Below, piece by piece: positions 44,883-55,171 of a DNA stretch of 64,000 nucleotides (positions within the stretch are counted from its first letter, which is position 1; the number at the start of each line of letters is the position of its first letter). The notes below the pieces were generated by a model. It had not been told where the DNA came from. It saw only the letters and a program-made list of their open reading frames with translations, and did no database searches. The position numbers were made by a program, and so were the translations under genes. This DNA is from an uncultured virus (IMG/VR IMGVR_UViG_2645727837_000002) (taxonomy: Duplodnaviria > Heunggongvirae > Uroviricota > Caudoviricetes), in IMG/VR virus record IMGVR_UViG_2645727837_000002, positions 1 to 64,000 of that record. One strand, written 5' to 3'.

Positions 44883-46667
44883 ATGTCAAACCAGTATCTC
44901 CAACAGCTCTACGAACGCGCAGCGAACCGTTGGTCGAAGGACCGCGCGTCGATGACCTATGGTGACTGGATCTGTGCAAACACCACGCACAACGACAGGG
45001 CTTTCTCGTTCAAGCGCTACCCGTTCCAGAAGCAGATCGCGGACGACATGCACGACAACCTCGACTGCATCAAGCCGTCGCAGGTTGGCCTGACCGAAGT
45101 ACAGATCCGCAAAGTGCTCGCGTTCATCGCTCGAAACCGTGGCGTGAACGTCATCTACACGCTGCCCGACGAGGCCATGATGGAGCGCATCTCTGTCGGC
45201 CGGGTTCGACCACTCGTCGACGAGGAACACGCGTTCAACCTCGAATCGCTCGGTGGCAAAAAGCCGACGCGCACAAAAGAGATCATTCAGGTCGGCAAGA
45301 GCTTCCTCTACCTCACGGCTGCTGGTGAAGGGGCCGCGACGTCCATCTCCGCAGACATGGTCGTGAACGACGAGGTGGACTTGACCGATCAGTCGATGCT
45401 TGCCCTCTTCAACTCGCGACTTCAAGGTTCCGACTGGAAGCTGAACCACCGGTTTTCGACGCCGACCTTCCAGGACTACGGCATCGACCAGACGTACAAG
45501 GTTAGCGACCAGCACGAGTACATGTTGAAGTGCGCCTGCTGCAACCACTGGCAGGTGCCTGACTTCGAGCGCCCGTTCGTCCGAATCCCTGGCCTTCCCG
45601 ACAGTCTGGACTTCGAGGAGATTGAAGAGGCGATGATCGACGCCGGCACGATCGACCTCGACGCCGTCTCGATCCACTGCGAGCACTGCGGTGCGCCGCT
45701 GAACCTTGGCGACCACGAGCGCCGCGCATGGGTGCCGAAGTACCCGCAGCGCAAGCACGCGCGCGGCTATCGCGTGCGCGCCTTCTCGACCGAGCGCCTG
45801 CCGCCGAAGTACATCCTGCGGCAGCTCTTCATCTACAAGCGCAAGGACTTCATCCGCGGCTGGTACAACACCGTGCTCGGGCGCTCCCACACCGGGGGCG
45901 ACCAGCGCCTGAACGACGCGGACATCAACGCGGCCTTCACCGAGTTCCAACTGGTCCGTCCGTCGAGCAACACGATGCCGGCGTGGCTCGGCATCGACAT
46001 CGGCCAGACCTGTCACATCGTCGTCGGCGAAGGCTACGACGTGTCGTCGATCCACGTGGTCGAGTTCCTGACAGTGCCGGTCGGCCGCTTGTTGGAGGAG
46101 ATCGCGCGCATCCTGACCACGTACCGCCTCGTTGCCGGTGGTTGTGACCGTCACCCGTACACGCCGACCGCCGAGGCGGTGCGCGATGCGTCACATCGCC
46201 GCGTCCTGCCGAACGAGTACCGTGGCTCGAAGGAAATCAATCTCGTCAAGGACCCCGCCGGCGAGATCACGCACATGCAATCCAACCGGACACTCCTGCT
46301 CGACGAAGTGGCCCGAGCCATCCGGCTGCGCAAGATCAAGTTCTCCGGCTACGGGACGCACCGCTCGGCGATCGTTGAGCACCTGAAAGACATGGTTCGC
46401 AACGAAGAACCTGAGAAAGAAGCGGAATGGAAGAAGCTGAACGGCAACGATCACTTCTTCCACGCGCTGGGCTTCATGTTGTCTGCCGTGAAGCTGCACA
46501 CCACCAACGCATCCGCACTCTTCAACACGGAAACGCGCAGTGTCATCCAGATCGTCGGCGCGACCGTGGGCATGAACGAGACCAGTCAACTCACGCTGGC
46601 CAATACCAAACACACCACTGGCAACTTGATCTATGGCAACGACCACCACCCCCAAGTCTTCTTCTAA
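44883..46667 (+). CDS. terL: Terminase large subunit (lambda gpA-like)
   Basis: KPSQVGLTE, VNDEVD, FSTPT, CACC/CEHC Zn motifs, LGIDIG, DHFFHA. Confidence 0.9.
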   Translation: MSNQYLQQLYERAANRWSKDRASMTYGDWICANTTHNDRAFSFKRYPFQKQIADDMHDNLDCIKPSQVGLTEVQIRKVLAFIARNRGVNVIYTLPDEAMMERISVGRVRPLVDEEHAFNLESLGGKKPTRTKEIIQVGKSFLYLTAAGEGAATSISADMVVNDEVDLTDQSMLALFNSRLQGSDWKLNHRFSTPTFQDYGIDQTYKVSDQHEYMLKCACCNHWQVPDFERPFVRIPGLPDSLDFEEIEEAMIDAGTIDLDAVSIHCEHCGAPLNLGDHERRAWVPKYPQRKHARGYRVRAFSTERLPPKYILRQLFIYKRKDFIRGWYNTVLGRSHTGGDQRLNDADINAAFTEFQLVRPSSNTMPAWLGIDIGQTCHIVVGEGYDVSSIHVVEFLTVPVGRLLEEIARILTTYRLVAGGCDRHPYTPTAEAVRDASHRRVLPNEYRGSKEINLVKDPAGEITHMQSNRTLLLDEVARAIRLRKIKFSGYGTHRSAIVEHLKDMVRNEEPEKEAEWKKLNGNDHFFHALGFMLSAVKLHTTNASALFNTETRSVIQIVGATVGMNETSQLTLANTKHTTGNLIYGNDHHPQVFF

Positions 46668-48216
46668 GGGAATCGGCGGGGCGCTCGGCGCGGCGCTCTC
46701 CATTATCCTGCCACGTCGCTCTGCGAAGGGCGGCATGTCGATGCCGGGCACTTATAACCCGAGCGCGCCGACTCAGCTGCTCACGATGCCGACGTATCGT
46801 GAGCACCTGACCGACATCTTCAGCTCGCGCACGGCGAGCGACTCGCGCGCCCTGATCAAGACCCTGCTCGTCCAGGACCCGGACGTGTCGGCCGCAGCCA
46901 ACGCCTACCTAACCGTGGCCAACACCGACCTGATGGCAGTCGTCTACGACGTGAACGGGATGATCGACCGCGACGGGCAGAAGATCCTCAACGCAGTGAT
47001 GCAAGGCTACGAGGTTCGCAACGACTACTCCAAGGGTTTCGACTTCAGGCCGTCGTTCAAGGAGCTGGCCGAGAACTTCCGGTACATGATCCTCGCCGGC
47101 GGATCGCTCCCGTGCGAAATGGTGCTCGACAAGACCTTCGTGCCGACCGAATTCCGCATGCTAGACCCGAAGACACTCTGGTGGATCGAACCTCAACCGG
47201 GCGTCTTCACGCCTGAGCAACGCACGTCGGCCGGCGACACCATCGACCTGACGATCCCGACGTTCTTCTGCAAGTTCTTCCGGCGTGACCCGACGACGAT
47301 CTACACCTACTCGCCGTTTGTGTCCGCGATCAACACGATCGCCGGCCGGCAGCAGGTGATCAACGACCTGTACCGGATCATGCAATTGACCGGCTACCCC
47401 CGTCTCGAAGTGAAGGTGCTGGAAGACGTCATCACGCGCAATGCGCCGCTCGACACGAAAGCCAACCCCGTCAAGTTGCAGCAGTACGTCGCGAGCGTGC
47501 TCAGCAGCATCAGTGGCCAGATTGCGAACATTCGGCCGGATCAGGCGTTCGTCCATACGGACTCGTCGGAGGTCAAGATGATCAACGACAAGGCACCGGG
47601 GATGGGTATCGACATCTCGTCGATCATCGAGACGCTGAACGCGCAGAACCAAGCCGGCCTGCGCACGATGGGGACGATTCTCGGCCGAGGCAACGCTGGC
47701 GTGAACACAGCCTCGGTCGAAGCGCGCCTCTTCAGCATGACGGCCGAAGAGATCAACCAGCCGATCGCTGACCTGTTCTCGGACATGTTGACGCTCGCGA
47801 TTCGCCTGCAAGGATCGCAGTCCCGCGTGGTATGCAAGTTCCGCCCTGCCGAGATGCGCCCGCTTACCGAGCTGGAACCGCAGCTCACGATGCGCGCGTC
47901 ACGCTTGAAGGCTGACCTGTCGCTGGGCATCATCGACGACGACGAGTACCACCTTGAGATGTACGGCCGCATCCGACCCGACTCGGCACCGATTCTTAGT
48001 GGTACGAACTTCATGCCTGGAACGAACGTCCAGGTCTTGACCGCTCAAGATAACCTTGACCAGCCGAACGCAAGCGGTTCTGGCGGAGACTCTGGAAAGA
48101 CGAACGGCCCGCACGGCCCCGACGTCAGCAAGGTCAGCCCCAACTCCGACCCGCTCGGCCGGTCGCTTTCGTCAAAAGGTTCGAAGTCGGCATCAAGTAA
48201 CTCGGTGAAGCCCTAA
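46633..48216 (+). CDS. Portal protein
   Basis: 527-aa ORF between the terminase and the protease/scaffold gene. Confidence 0.75.
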   Translation: MATTTTPKSSSKGIGGALGAALSIILPRRSAKGGMSMPGTYNPSAPTQLLTMPTYREHLTDIFSSRTASDSRALIKTLLVQDPDVSAAANAYLTVANTDLMAVVYDVNGMIDRDGQKILNAVMQGYEVRNDYSKGFDFRPSFKELAENFRYMILAGGSLPCEMVLDKTFVPTEFRMLDPKTLWWIEPQPGVFTPEQRTSAGDTIDLTIPTFFCKFFRRDPTTIYTYSPFVSAINTIAGRQQVINDLYRIMQLTGYPRLEVKVLEDVITRNAPLDTKANPVKLQQYVASVLSSISGQIANIRPDQAFVHTDSSEVKMINDKAPGMGIDISSIIETLNAQNQAGLRTMGTILGRGNAGVNTASVEARLFSMTAEEINQPIADLFSDMLTLAIRLQGSQSRVVCKFRPAEMRPLTELEPQLTMRASRLKADLSLGIIDDDEYHLEMYGRIRPDSAPILSGTNFMPGTNVQVLTAQDNLDQPNASGSGGDSGKTNGPHGPDVSKVSPNSDPLGRSLSSKGSKSASSNSVKP

Positions 48217-48223
48217 AAACTCT

Positions 48224-48252
48224 TTGACTCTCATTTAGCTCGTCGAAATAAT
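48224..48252 (+). promoter_or_regulatory. Possible sigma70 promoter for head genes
   Basis: TTGACT, 17-nt spacer, AATAAT. Confidence 0.4.
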
Positions 48253-48295
48253 ACGGGCTACATTCACCGGGCAGCATGAAAAGCACCACACTGGT

Positions 48296-49423
48296 ATGGC
48301 TAAGAGCGTTCCGATCACACCGAGAATTCAGAATCTGATCACCCGCAACACTGGGGGTGATCAGGTCGACTTCAACGCGATCGTCGTGTTCGAGGCCTCG
48401 GTCACTAACACGCGCCCGTTGACGAAGCCCGGTTCGATTTTCGACAAAGGCCAGATTCAGGTCGACACGCTCAACCAGATGGCCAGCTACCTCAACAGTG
48501 GCGGCTTCGTCCCCCTCCAGACCCTTCACCCGAACGGAGACGAACTCCCCCTCGGTCGTTTCTTCTACGGCGAAGTCCTCCCATCGACGCTCGGCGACGG
48601 ATCGAGCGAACTGGTCTGCCTCTTCTACCTGCCGAAAGACGACCCGAATGTCCCGAAGCTCGAAAACGGGATCATCGACGAGGTCAGCGTCGGGTTTGTC
48701 GGTCAACAGCTGCTCTGTTCGAAGTGCAGCTGGGACTGGCGTGGTCCCGAGGCCAGCTTCTCGAACTTCTACGACCGCGTGTGCGGGAATGATCACGTGC
48801 TCGGCGAAGACGGCGCGTATCTGAAGATCAACGGGCTGGATCGATGGACTGAAACGTCGCTCGTGTCGAAAGGCGCGGCGAACAACGCGAAGATTTTGGG
48901 CCGCACAAAGCAGCGGCTCGGCCAAGAGCAGTACGACCGCTTGGCAGCTTCGGGCGTCGCACCCGAGCATTTGATGCTGATTGCCACCACCACCACATCC
49001 CCTCGGAGTCCGAAGAAGATGGATAAGGAACTGATCGAAGAACTGGCCAACCTGAAGGCGGGCCAGAAGATCCACGAACACACGATTTCGCTGAAAGACG
49101 CGGAAATCGCGGCGCTCAAGACGACCAACGACGCGTTGAGCACCGAAAACAAGACGCTGAAGGAAGGCACGGAGCTGAAGGCCGCGCAAACCTCGCTGGC
49201 CGAGGCGCAAGCGAAGGTGACGGAACTGGAAGCTTCGGCAAAGACTGCTGAAACCGAGGTCGCCGATCTGAAGGCGAAGCTCGCAACCGCAGAAGCGCAG
49301 GTTGAAGTCCTGAAGGCGGGCGCTGGCAACGGCGGCCGCTCGCAAGGTTCCGATACCGGCACCGGTGCAACGAAGGGGACGACGCTTCACGCGTCGAGCG
49401 CGTTCAAGTCCGCGCCGCGTTAA
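48296..49423 (+). CDS. Prohead protease/scaffold protein
   Basis: H..GRF..EVSVGF..ETSLV protease-like N-terminal half; coiled-coil C-terminal half. Confidence 0.7.
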   Translation: MAKSVPITPRIQNLITRNTGGDQVDFNAIVVFEASVTNTRPLTKPGSIFDKGQIQVDTLNQMASYLNSGGFVPLQTLHPNGDELPLGRFFYGEVLPSTLGDGSSELVCLFYLPKDDPNVPKLENGIIDEVSVGFVGQQLLCSKCSWDWRGPEASFSNFYDRVCGNDHVLGEDGAYLKINGLDRWTETSLVSKGAANNAKILGRTKQRLGQEQYDRLAASGVAPEHLMLIATTTTSPRSPKKMDKELIEELANLKAGQKIHEHTISLKDAEIAALKTTNDALSTENKTLKEGTELKAAQTSLAEAQAKVTELEASAKTAETEVADLKAKLATAEAQVEVLKAGAGNGGRSQGSDTGTGATKGTTLHASSAFKSAPR

Positions 49424-49450
49424 GCGAACCCGCAACACGAGAGGTAATTC

Positions 49451-49873
49451 ATGAGCAACGCTATCGGTAACGGCGTCTCCCTTCGTGGTCTCTACGATGA
49501 GGATTCGCAGTACGCGTTCAACCTGGCCGCAGGCATCAAGAAAGGCCAGGACGAAGGCAAGGCCGTGTCGATCGACCCGACCGCGCCGAACACGGTGAAG
49601 CTGGCAGGCGACGGCGACTTGCTGGTCGGCCGACTCGAAACGATCGAAAACCGCGTGACCGAAGGCCTGAACGTGGGCACGGTCTCGCTGGAAGGCGGTC
49701 ACGACTTCCTGGTCAAAGCGGGCTACGCCGCGACGCCGGGTGATCGCCTCGTCGGCGGCGGCGGCGGCACGGTTCGCAAGGCCGATCCCGCGAAGGACGC
49801 CTTCGGCGGCTACTCGCCGTGGTGTGTCGTCGAAGTGCTCGCCAGCGGCAACGTGGTCGCCATCGAGCTGTAA
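49451..49873 (+). CDS. Head decoration/cement protein
   Basis: Gly-rich 140-aa ORF between the scaffold and the capsid gene. Confidence 0.6.
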   Translation: MSNAIGNGVSLRGLYDEDSQYAFNLAAGIKKGQDEGKAVSIDPTAPNTVKLAGDGDLLVGRLETIENRVTEGLNVGTVSLEGGHDFLVKAGYAATPGDRLVGGGGGTVRKADPAKDAFGGYSPWCVVEVLASGNVVAIEL

Positions 49874-49998
49874 AGAACGGCGGCAGATGACCTCGCCCAC
49901 CACCGGGGTCATCTGCTGGAAAAGCTGCAAAACCCTCGTCAGTTCCGACCACCACCGGGCTGTCGGGGGTTCAAAAACAACTGACAACGGATCAAAAC

Positions 49999-51192
49999 AT
50001 GGCAGATCTGATCGACATCGAGCGCAAGGCCCCTGCGGAGGTACTTGCGAACCTCAAGCCGAGCGACGCGCTCGACACCCAGCGCTCGGTTGACGCTGGC
50101 AAGCGCCTCGTGCGCCTTTCCGCCGAAGCTGGCCTGAACCTGCGTGACTACCTCACGCTCGCGATCGACCCGCGCAAGGCCGAAGACTCGGCCCGCTACG
50201 AAGGCCTGAACGGCTACGAAGCCGCCCTCGCCTACCTGAACCTGCCGGTTCGCCAGGATCTGTCGCAAGGCGTCCTGCTGCAAGCCGCTTCGGAAACGTT
50301 CCAAACGTATCCGGGCACCCGCGCGATGTTCCCGGAAGTCATGGACGACATCCTGCGCTGGAAGAACCGCCAGGACCAGATCGAACAGGTCGCTCCGCTC
50401 GTCGCACAGTCGCGCACGATCAACGGCACCGAGATGATCTCGACGTTCGTCGAAGACGACTCGAACGAGCGCACGACGCACACGATCCCGGAACTGGGCC
50501 GCATCCCGGTTCGCACGATCCGCACGTCGCAACAGACGGTCGGCATCTTTAAGCACGGCTCGGGCTACCGTACCTCGTACGAATTCAATCGCCGCGCTTC
50601 GCTCGACATCATGACGCCGTTTGCAGCGCGCGTCGGCCGCGAGCTGGAGATCTCGAAGGTGCGTGCCGCGACGGCCATCCTGATCAACGGCGACGGCGTC
50701 AACGGCGCAGCCGGCGTGGTCAAGGTGTCGGATTTCGGCGGCGACGCCAGCAAGGCGTTCTCGTCGAACTACAAGGCGCTCGCGAAGTGGCTCATGGCCC
50801 GCGCGAAGGCTGGCTACCCGATCGACACGATTATCGGCAACTACGACATGTTCGTGGAGCTGCTGTTCATGTTCCAGCCGGTGACGGGCATCTCGGGCGC
50901 GCACGCGACCGACATCGAAGCGCTGGTCGCGCAGGGTACGCCGAAGATCAACACGCAGGTGCCGATCCTCAACCAATCGGTGAACTTCCACCTGTCGTCG
51001 GCCGTGCCGGAAGGCAAGCTGGTCGGCTTCACGAAGGCTGAAACGCTGGAAGAGCTGATCGAAGCCGGCTCGAACATCTCGGAAAACGAGCGTTCGATCC
51101 TGAACCAGTCGATCACCTACGTGCGTACGGAAAACACCGGCTACAAGCTGGCGTTCCCGGACACGCGCCAAGTCCTCGACGTGACCGCGTAA
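49999..51192 (+). CDS. Major capsid protein
   Basis: 397 aa, position, strong codon bias, terminator follows. Confidence 0.85.
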   Translation: MADLIDIERKAPAEVLANLKPSDALDTQRSVDAGKRLVRLSAEAGLNLRDYLTLAIDPRKAEDSARYEGLNGYEAALAYLNLPVRQDLSQGVLLQAASETFQTYPGTRAMFPEVMDDILRWKNRQDQIEQVAPLVAQSRTINGTEMISTFVEDDSNERTTHTIPELGRIPVRTIRTSQQTVGIFKHGSGYRTSYEFNRRASLDIMTPFAARVGRELEISKVRAATAILINGDGVNGAAGVVKVSDFGGDASKAFSSNYKALAKWLMARAKAGYPIDTIIGNYDMFVELLFMFQPVTGISGAHATDIEALVAQGTPKINTQVPILNQSVNFHLSSAVPEGKLVGFTKAETLEELIEAGSNISENERSILNQSITYVRTENTGYKLAFPDTRQVLDVTA

Positions 51193-51212
51193 GGCCTTCG
51201 GTTGAGAGCCTG

Positions 51213-51242
51213 AAAGCCCGCCCCTCTCGGGCGGGCTTTTTT
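51213..51242 (+). terminator. Intrinsic terminator after the capsid gene
   Basis: AAAGCCCGCCC-loop-GGGCGGGCTTTTTT. Confidence 0.9.
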
Positions 51243-51260
51243 ATGCCATTTCATGGATAG

Positions 51261-51596
51261 ATGATGAAGATGAAGAAGATCCTCGCACACACCACTGGCA
51301 AGTTCATGTTGCTCGACGGCATGAGCGGCGACGAGCTGGACGCGTTCCGCCCCTCGGTCGTTCGTCAAACCCCGTTCATCAACACTCGTGTCGGTCTGAA
51401 TCAGGTTGAGATCGTCGCGGAGCTGAAGCCCGAGGCCACCGACGCCGAATACGTCCGCTTCTTGAAGGAAGCGGATGGCGACTTCGACGTGGCCAACGAA
51501 TCGTTCCTGGCCGTATACGGCATCGACGCCGAGCCGACCGAGGCAGGTGAAGACGCCGACGCCGCGCCGGCAACCTCCCGCCGTCGCCGCTCGTAA
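51261..51596 (+). CDS. Hypothetical virion-associated protein
   Basis: ORF directly after the capsid gene. Confidence 0.6.
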   Translation: MMKMKKILAHTTGKFMLLDGMSGDELDAFRPSVVRQTPFINTRVGLNQVEIVAELKPEATDAEYVRFLKEADGDFDVANESFLAVYGIDAEPTEAGEDADAAPATSRRRRS

Positions 51597-51607
51597 GGAG
51601 ACACGCC

Positions 51608-52336
51608 ATGCAGTGGTTCCAGGCTGGTGAAGACCTCACCTTCGAAGTCGAGCTGATGGCCGGTGGCGTTCAGGCCCAACCCGACGCCGGCTCCGTGACG
51701 TACACCGTGCGTGACCAGAGCGGCGCTGTCCTGGCCGGCCTGGACCACGCTGCGCTCAATGTACCGGGCACGACCGCCCACATCCTGCTGCCGGCGAGCG
51801 TGAACGGCATCGCAGCGGGAAACGACACCGAGACCCGGTTCGTCTCCCTCGCCTTCAAGACGTCGGGGCAGAGCCGTCAGCAGCAAGTGGCCTATGGTCT
51901 TCACCCCTTCATCCCGATGAGCGCCGATGCGGACGCTGTACGCGGTCTGATGGGGGTTTCCGTCGACGAGCTGCCCGACGAGGCGATCGAGCTGATCCCG
52001 GCGTACTACTCGCTGCGTGCCGACTACGGTACGGACTTCACGAACGCCCTCGTGGTCGGCGACAGCCGTACGCGCTCGGCCGCGAACCGCGCCCTCGCTG
52101 CGCGCGCCGCGATCGATGCGCTGCCCTCCTTCCAGCTGCGGCTCGTGCAGTCAAAGCAGGTTGAAAACTCGAACTTCTCCCGCTGGGACTGGGTCGACCT
52201 CGACAAGCTGAAGGAAGACCTCACAACTCAGCTCGGCGCGAGCCTCGCGCAGCTGAGCGACACACTGGCCCGAACCGTCGCCGTGACGCCGACGATCTTC
52301 GTGGTCTCCTCCCCCACTGACCCGGTGACAGGCTAG
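51608..52336 (+). CDS. Putative head-tail adaptor
   Basis: Position; AAGGAG RBS. Confidence 0.55.
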   Translation: MQWFQAGEDLTFEVELMAGGVQAQPDAGSVTYTVRDQSGAVLAGLDHAALNVPGTTAHILLPASVNGIAAGNDTETRFVSLAFKTSGQSRQQQVAYGLHPFIPMSADADAVRGLMGVSVDELPDEAIELIPAYYSLRADYGTDFTNALVVGDSRTRSAANRALAARAAIDALPSFQLRLVQSKQVENSNFSRWDWVDLDKLKEDLTTQLGASLAQLSDTLARTVAVTPTIFVVSSPTDPVTG

Positions 52337-52338
52337 TC

Positions 52339-52857
52339 ATGACCACTCTACCTCAGCTCACCCGAATCCTCGTGAACGTGTCGCGAGGCAACGCCAAGGT
52401 GTACGGCATCGTCTCCTCGCCATCCGCGAAGTCGTCGTCGGAGCAGTTCACGACGCCGCAGCGCATGCTTCACGTGCGCCGTGGTTCTGTCGCCAACCCC
52501 GGCGACACCATCAACGATCTCGGCTTCTACTACGTCCTCGGCGATTTCAGCCGAACGGCCAACGATGCGATCTTCCGTATGTTTCATCTCCCGTTCAACG
52601 GGGATGTTCAACGAATTTCGCACCAGACCGACCCCGTGTCCGGCTTCGCGCGCAATGAGGCTCTGTTGACGATCGGAAAGACGTGGTACGACGTGCGTCC
52701 GCTCGGCCAGACCACTGACGTCAGCAACTCCAAGCGTCAGCGCTATCACATTATCACTGGGTTCCCGCTTCAAGAGGGCGACCTGATCGGGCCGAACAAC
52801 TATCGCATCTCGAATGTGAAGTTCGAGCTGGGCGTCACCGTCGCCGAGGCAGAGTAA
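52339..52857 (+). CDS. Putative head closure protein
   Basis: Position in the neck module. Confidence 0.5.
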   Translation: MTTLPQLTRILVNVSRGNAKVYGIVSSPSAKSSSEQFTTPQRMLHVRRGSVANPGDTINDLGFYYVLGDFSRTANDAIFRMFHLPFNGDVQRISHQTDPVSGFARNEALLTIGKTWYDVRPLGQTTDVSNSKRQRYHIITGFPLQEGDLIGPNNYRISNVKFELGVTVAEAE

Positions 52858-53618
52858 TGGCAGACATCAAGGCTGTTCAAGACAGCGTGATGCAGTTCGT
52901 CCAGAACTTCATCTTCCAGAACGTCACGAACAGCCTTGCCGACTACGCCGACAAGGTCTCGCTGAAGATCAAGGACGAGATCACGAAGAAGCTGGACTCC
53001 TTCTTCATCGATCTCGTCGGGACAGGTTCGATCGGCTCGTCCGAGCCACCTATGTGGCTCGATCAAGTCGGGGCACACTGGAACGAGCTGACTTACTTCT
53101 ATCTCCATTACGAGAAGAATGATCACGTCAACTATTTCCAGTACAGCATCCTCCCGCGCCGGGTGAAGAACAGTCCCGAGTCGCGTCGTATGCGCCGCAA
53201 GCACATTGGTGACGCCAAGCAGATGAAGAACTCCCTGCGCAACGAGCTGATGCGTCTCGGCAACCCATCTCAGTATTTTGGCGAGGTCAAGGTGACGATC
53301 GACGCGACGCGCATGCAGGGTCTCGGCCGCTACCCCGCTGGGACGATGCGCAACGGGGTCAAGGTGGGTGGACGATACTACAGCCGCCCGTCCGACACCG
53401 TTCGCATCGTAGTCGACTGGCTCCCGAAGCTCAACCACATGAACGTGATGGTCGCCAACATGGTCGAGCAGTACCTGCCTGAGACAAACAACCTCGCCGC
53501 GAAGTTGACGAACAACCGGCGGGGTGCGTACCGCCCGCTGGTGAGCGCCTACATCCTCTGGTATCAGCAGAACATGATCTTTCCGATCATCAACCGAGCA
53601 GTTGAACCATACCTATGA
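52857..53618 (+). CDS. Putative tail completion/neck protein
   Basis: Position; coupled ORF. Confidence 0.5.
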   Translation: MADIKAVQDSVMQFVQNFIFQNVTNSLADYADKVSLKIKDEITKKLDSFFIDLVGTGSIGSSEPPMWLDQVGAHWNELTYFYLHYEKNDHVNYFQYSILPRRVKNSPESRRMRRKHIGDAKQMKNSLRNELMRLGNPSQYFGEVKVTIDATRMQGLGRYPAGTMRNGVKVGGRYYSRPSDTVRIVVDWLPKLNHMNVMVANMVEQYLPETNNLAAKLTNNRRGAYRPLVSAYILWYQQNMIFPIINRAVEPYL

Positions 53619-54076
53619 AAAGCGAAAACCTCTATGGCGATCACCTGTCGAGTCTCCTGAGATTCTGCGCAGACCAAGCGACCAGCCTTCAGGCCTCAAC
53701 GGGCATATCGCTTCAACCCGTCTTCTTCGACTCATACAACGACTACGACAAGCTACCATCCGGCAACCTGATCGGAGTCGCGCAGTATTCACTCGACTTT
53801 GACGAACATCTGACGACGGTATCGGCTGTCGTCGGAGTCGCGACCGAGAACGATACGAACGACTTTAATCTCACGCGAGTGATGAGCGCACTGGTTCAGC
53901 GGCTGCTACCGACGAAGTCGATCGACGTGCTCGATGCGTTGAAGGGGGACAAGCTGGGGACGATGGTGGTGCAAAACGGCGTTCGCGTCTTGCCAGTAGG
54001 TGGTGGGTTGGGACGATCCATGAAGTGGGTGGCGTTCATGGCATCGTCCACGGTTACTGCGGATCTTTCTTCGTAA
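53615..54076 (+). CDS. Putative tail terminator protein
   Basis: Position before the tail tube gene. Confidence 0.5.
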   Translation: MKSENLYGDHLSSLLRFCADQATSLQASTGISLQPVFFDSYNDYDKLPSGNLIGVAQYSLDFDEHLTTVSAVVGVATENDTNDFNLTRVMSALVQRLLPTKSIDVLDALKGDKLGTMVVQNGVRVLPVGGGLGRSMKWVAFMASSTVTADLSS

Positions 54077-54248
54077 TGCTGCTGATGAGCTTCTGATCGG
54101 CGCTCGTAGCGTTGTCGATCGCGGTTTCAAGCAGATGGATGATCTCTGCATTCCGCGTTCGACGGTTAACTCTCGCACGCTGCTTGATCTGAACATCGAG
54201 CGTGACAGGGATGCGTACCGTAAAGGCTTCTCGCTCTTCCAACTCCAT
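54054..54248 (-). CDS. Arc-like ribbon-helix-helix DNA-binding protein
   Basis: FTVRIPVTL..IKQRARVNRRTRNAEIIHLL; GGAGG RBS. Confidence 0.85.
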   Translation of the reverse strand: MELEEREAFTVRIPVTLDVQIKQRARVNRRTRNAEIIHLLETAIDNATSADQKLISSITKKDPQ

Positions 54249-54280
54249 TGCGTGGTTCCTCCATATACCAATAAAAACCT

Positions 54281-54309
54281 TTGATTCGCGAAGGTATCAC
54301 ACGTAGGAT
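54281..54309 (+). promoter_or_regulatory. Possible sigma70 promoter for the tail tube gene, divergent from the Arc-like gene
   Basis: TTGATT, 17-nt spacer, TAGGAT. Confidence 0.45.
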
Positions 54310-54343
54310 CGCCCCACCAGAATTTTAAACCGGAGAACTAACG

Positions 54344-55135
54344 ATGGCTGGTGAAGCAAAGTCCGAAAAATTCATGCTGGGGTCGGCCACCGTGATGATC
54401 GGCCCCCAAGCTGACCTGTTCAACCTCAATCCCGACGAGCACTCGATCGGTCTCGTGAAGAACTTCACGATCAGCGGCCAGCCGGCATACACCGAGCTGA
54501 CGCAGGGCGTGAAGAACAGCGTCGTGTACTCGGTGATGACCGGCAACCCCGTGACCGCCACGATGGAGGTGTTCGAGCACACGTCGAAGAACCTCGCGTA
54601 CGGCCTGGGCCTCGACGGTTCGGCGCTGACTCCGTCCACGATCAAGACCACGCTGAACGCCGACGTGCCGGCGAACGCTGCGGGCGCGGACACGCTGCCG
54701 GTCGCATCGGCCACCGGCTTCGCGGTCGGCGACTGGATTCAGGCGGTTGTGCCGGGTTATAGCGATCGGATGCTCGTCGCCAAGATCAAGACGATCGACT
54801 CGACGGCGAAGACGCTGCAAGTCGTCAGCTCGCAGAAGTTCGACTACCAGCTGCCGAACGGCACGGTGGTCCAGAAGGTGAACGTGGTGGGCATCGGCTC
54901 GAAGGCCAACCAGCCTTTCCTCGCCGCGAAGGTGGTCGGCAACCTCGCCGACAACACGCCGGTCGCGCTGCTGATCCCGAAGATCCGCATCACGGGCGGC
55001 TTCACGCTGGCGTTCAAAACCGACGCATTCGGCAATCTGCCGTACAAGTTCCAGCCGTACGATCTGGTCTCGACGGACCCGTTCTACGACGACTTCCTGC
55101 CGTTTGGGCAAGCGATGCTGGCGTCGGCGAACTAA
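54344..55135 (+). CDS. Major tail (tube) protein
   Basis: Position before chaperones and tape measure; strong codon bias; terminator follows. Confidence 0.75.
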   Translation: MAGEAKSEKFMLGSATVMIGPQADLFNLNPDEHSIGLVKNFTISGQPAYTELTQGVKNSVVYSVMTGNPVTATMEVFEHTSKNLAYGLGLDGSALTPSTIKTTLNADVPANAAGADTLPVASATGFAVGDWIQAVVPGYSDRMLVAKIKTIDSTAKTLQVVSSQKFDYQLPNGTVVQKVNVVGIGSKANQPFLAAKVVGNLADNTPVALLIPKIRITGGFTLAFKTDAFGNLPYKFQPYDLVSTDPFYDDFLPFGQAMLASAN

Positions 55136-55171
55136 GGTTCACTCCGGTACGGAGAAAAACCTTGAAGCACC

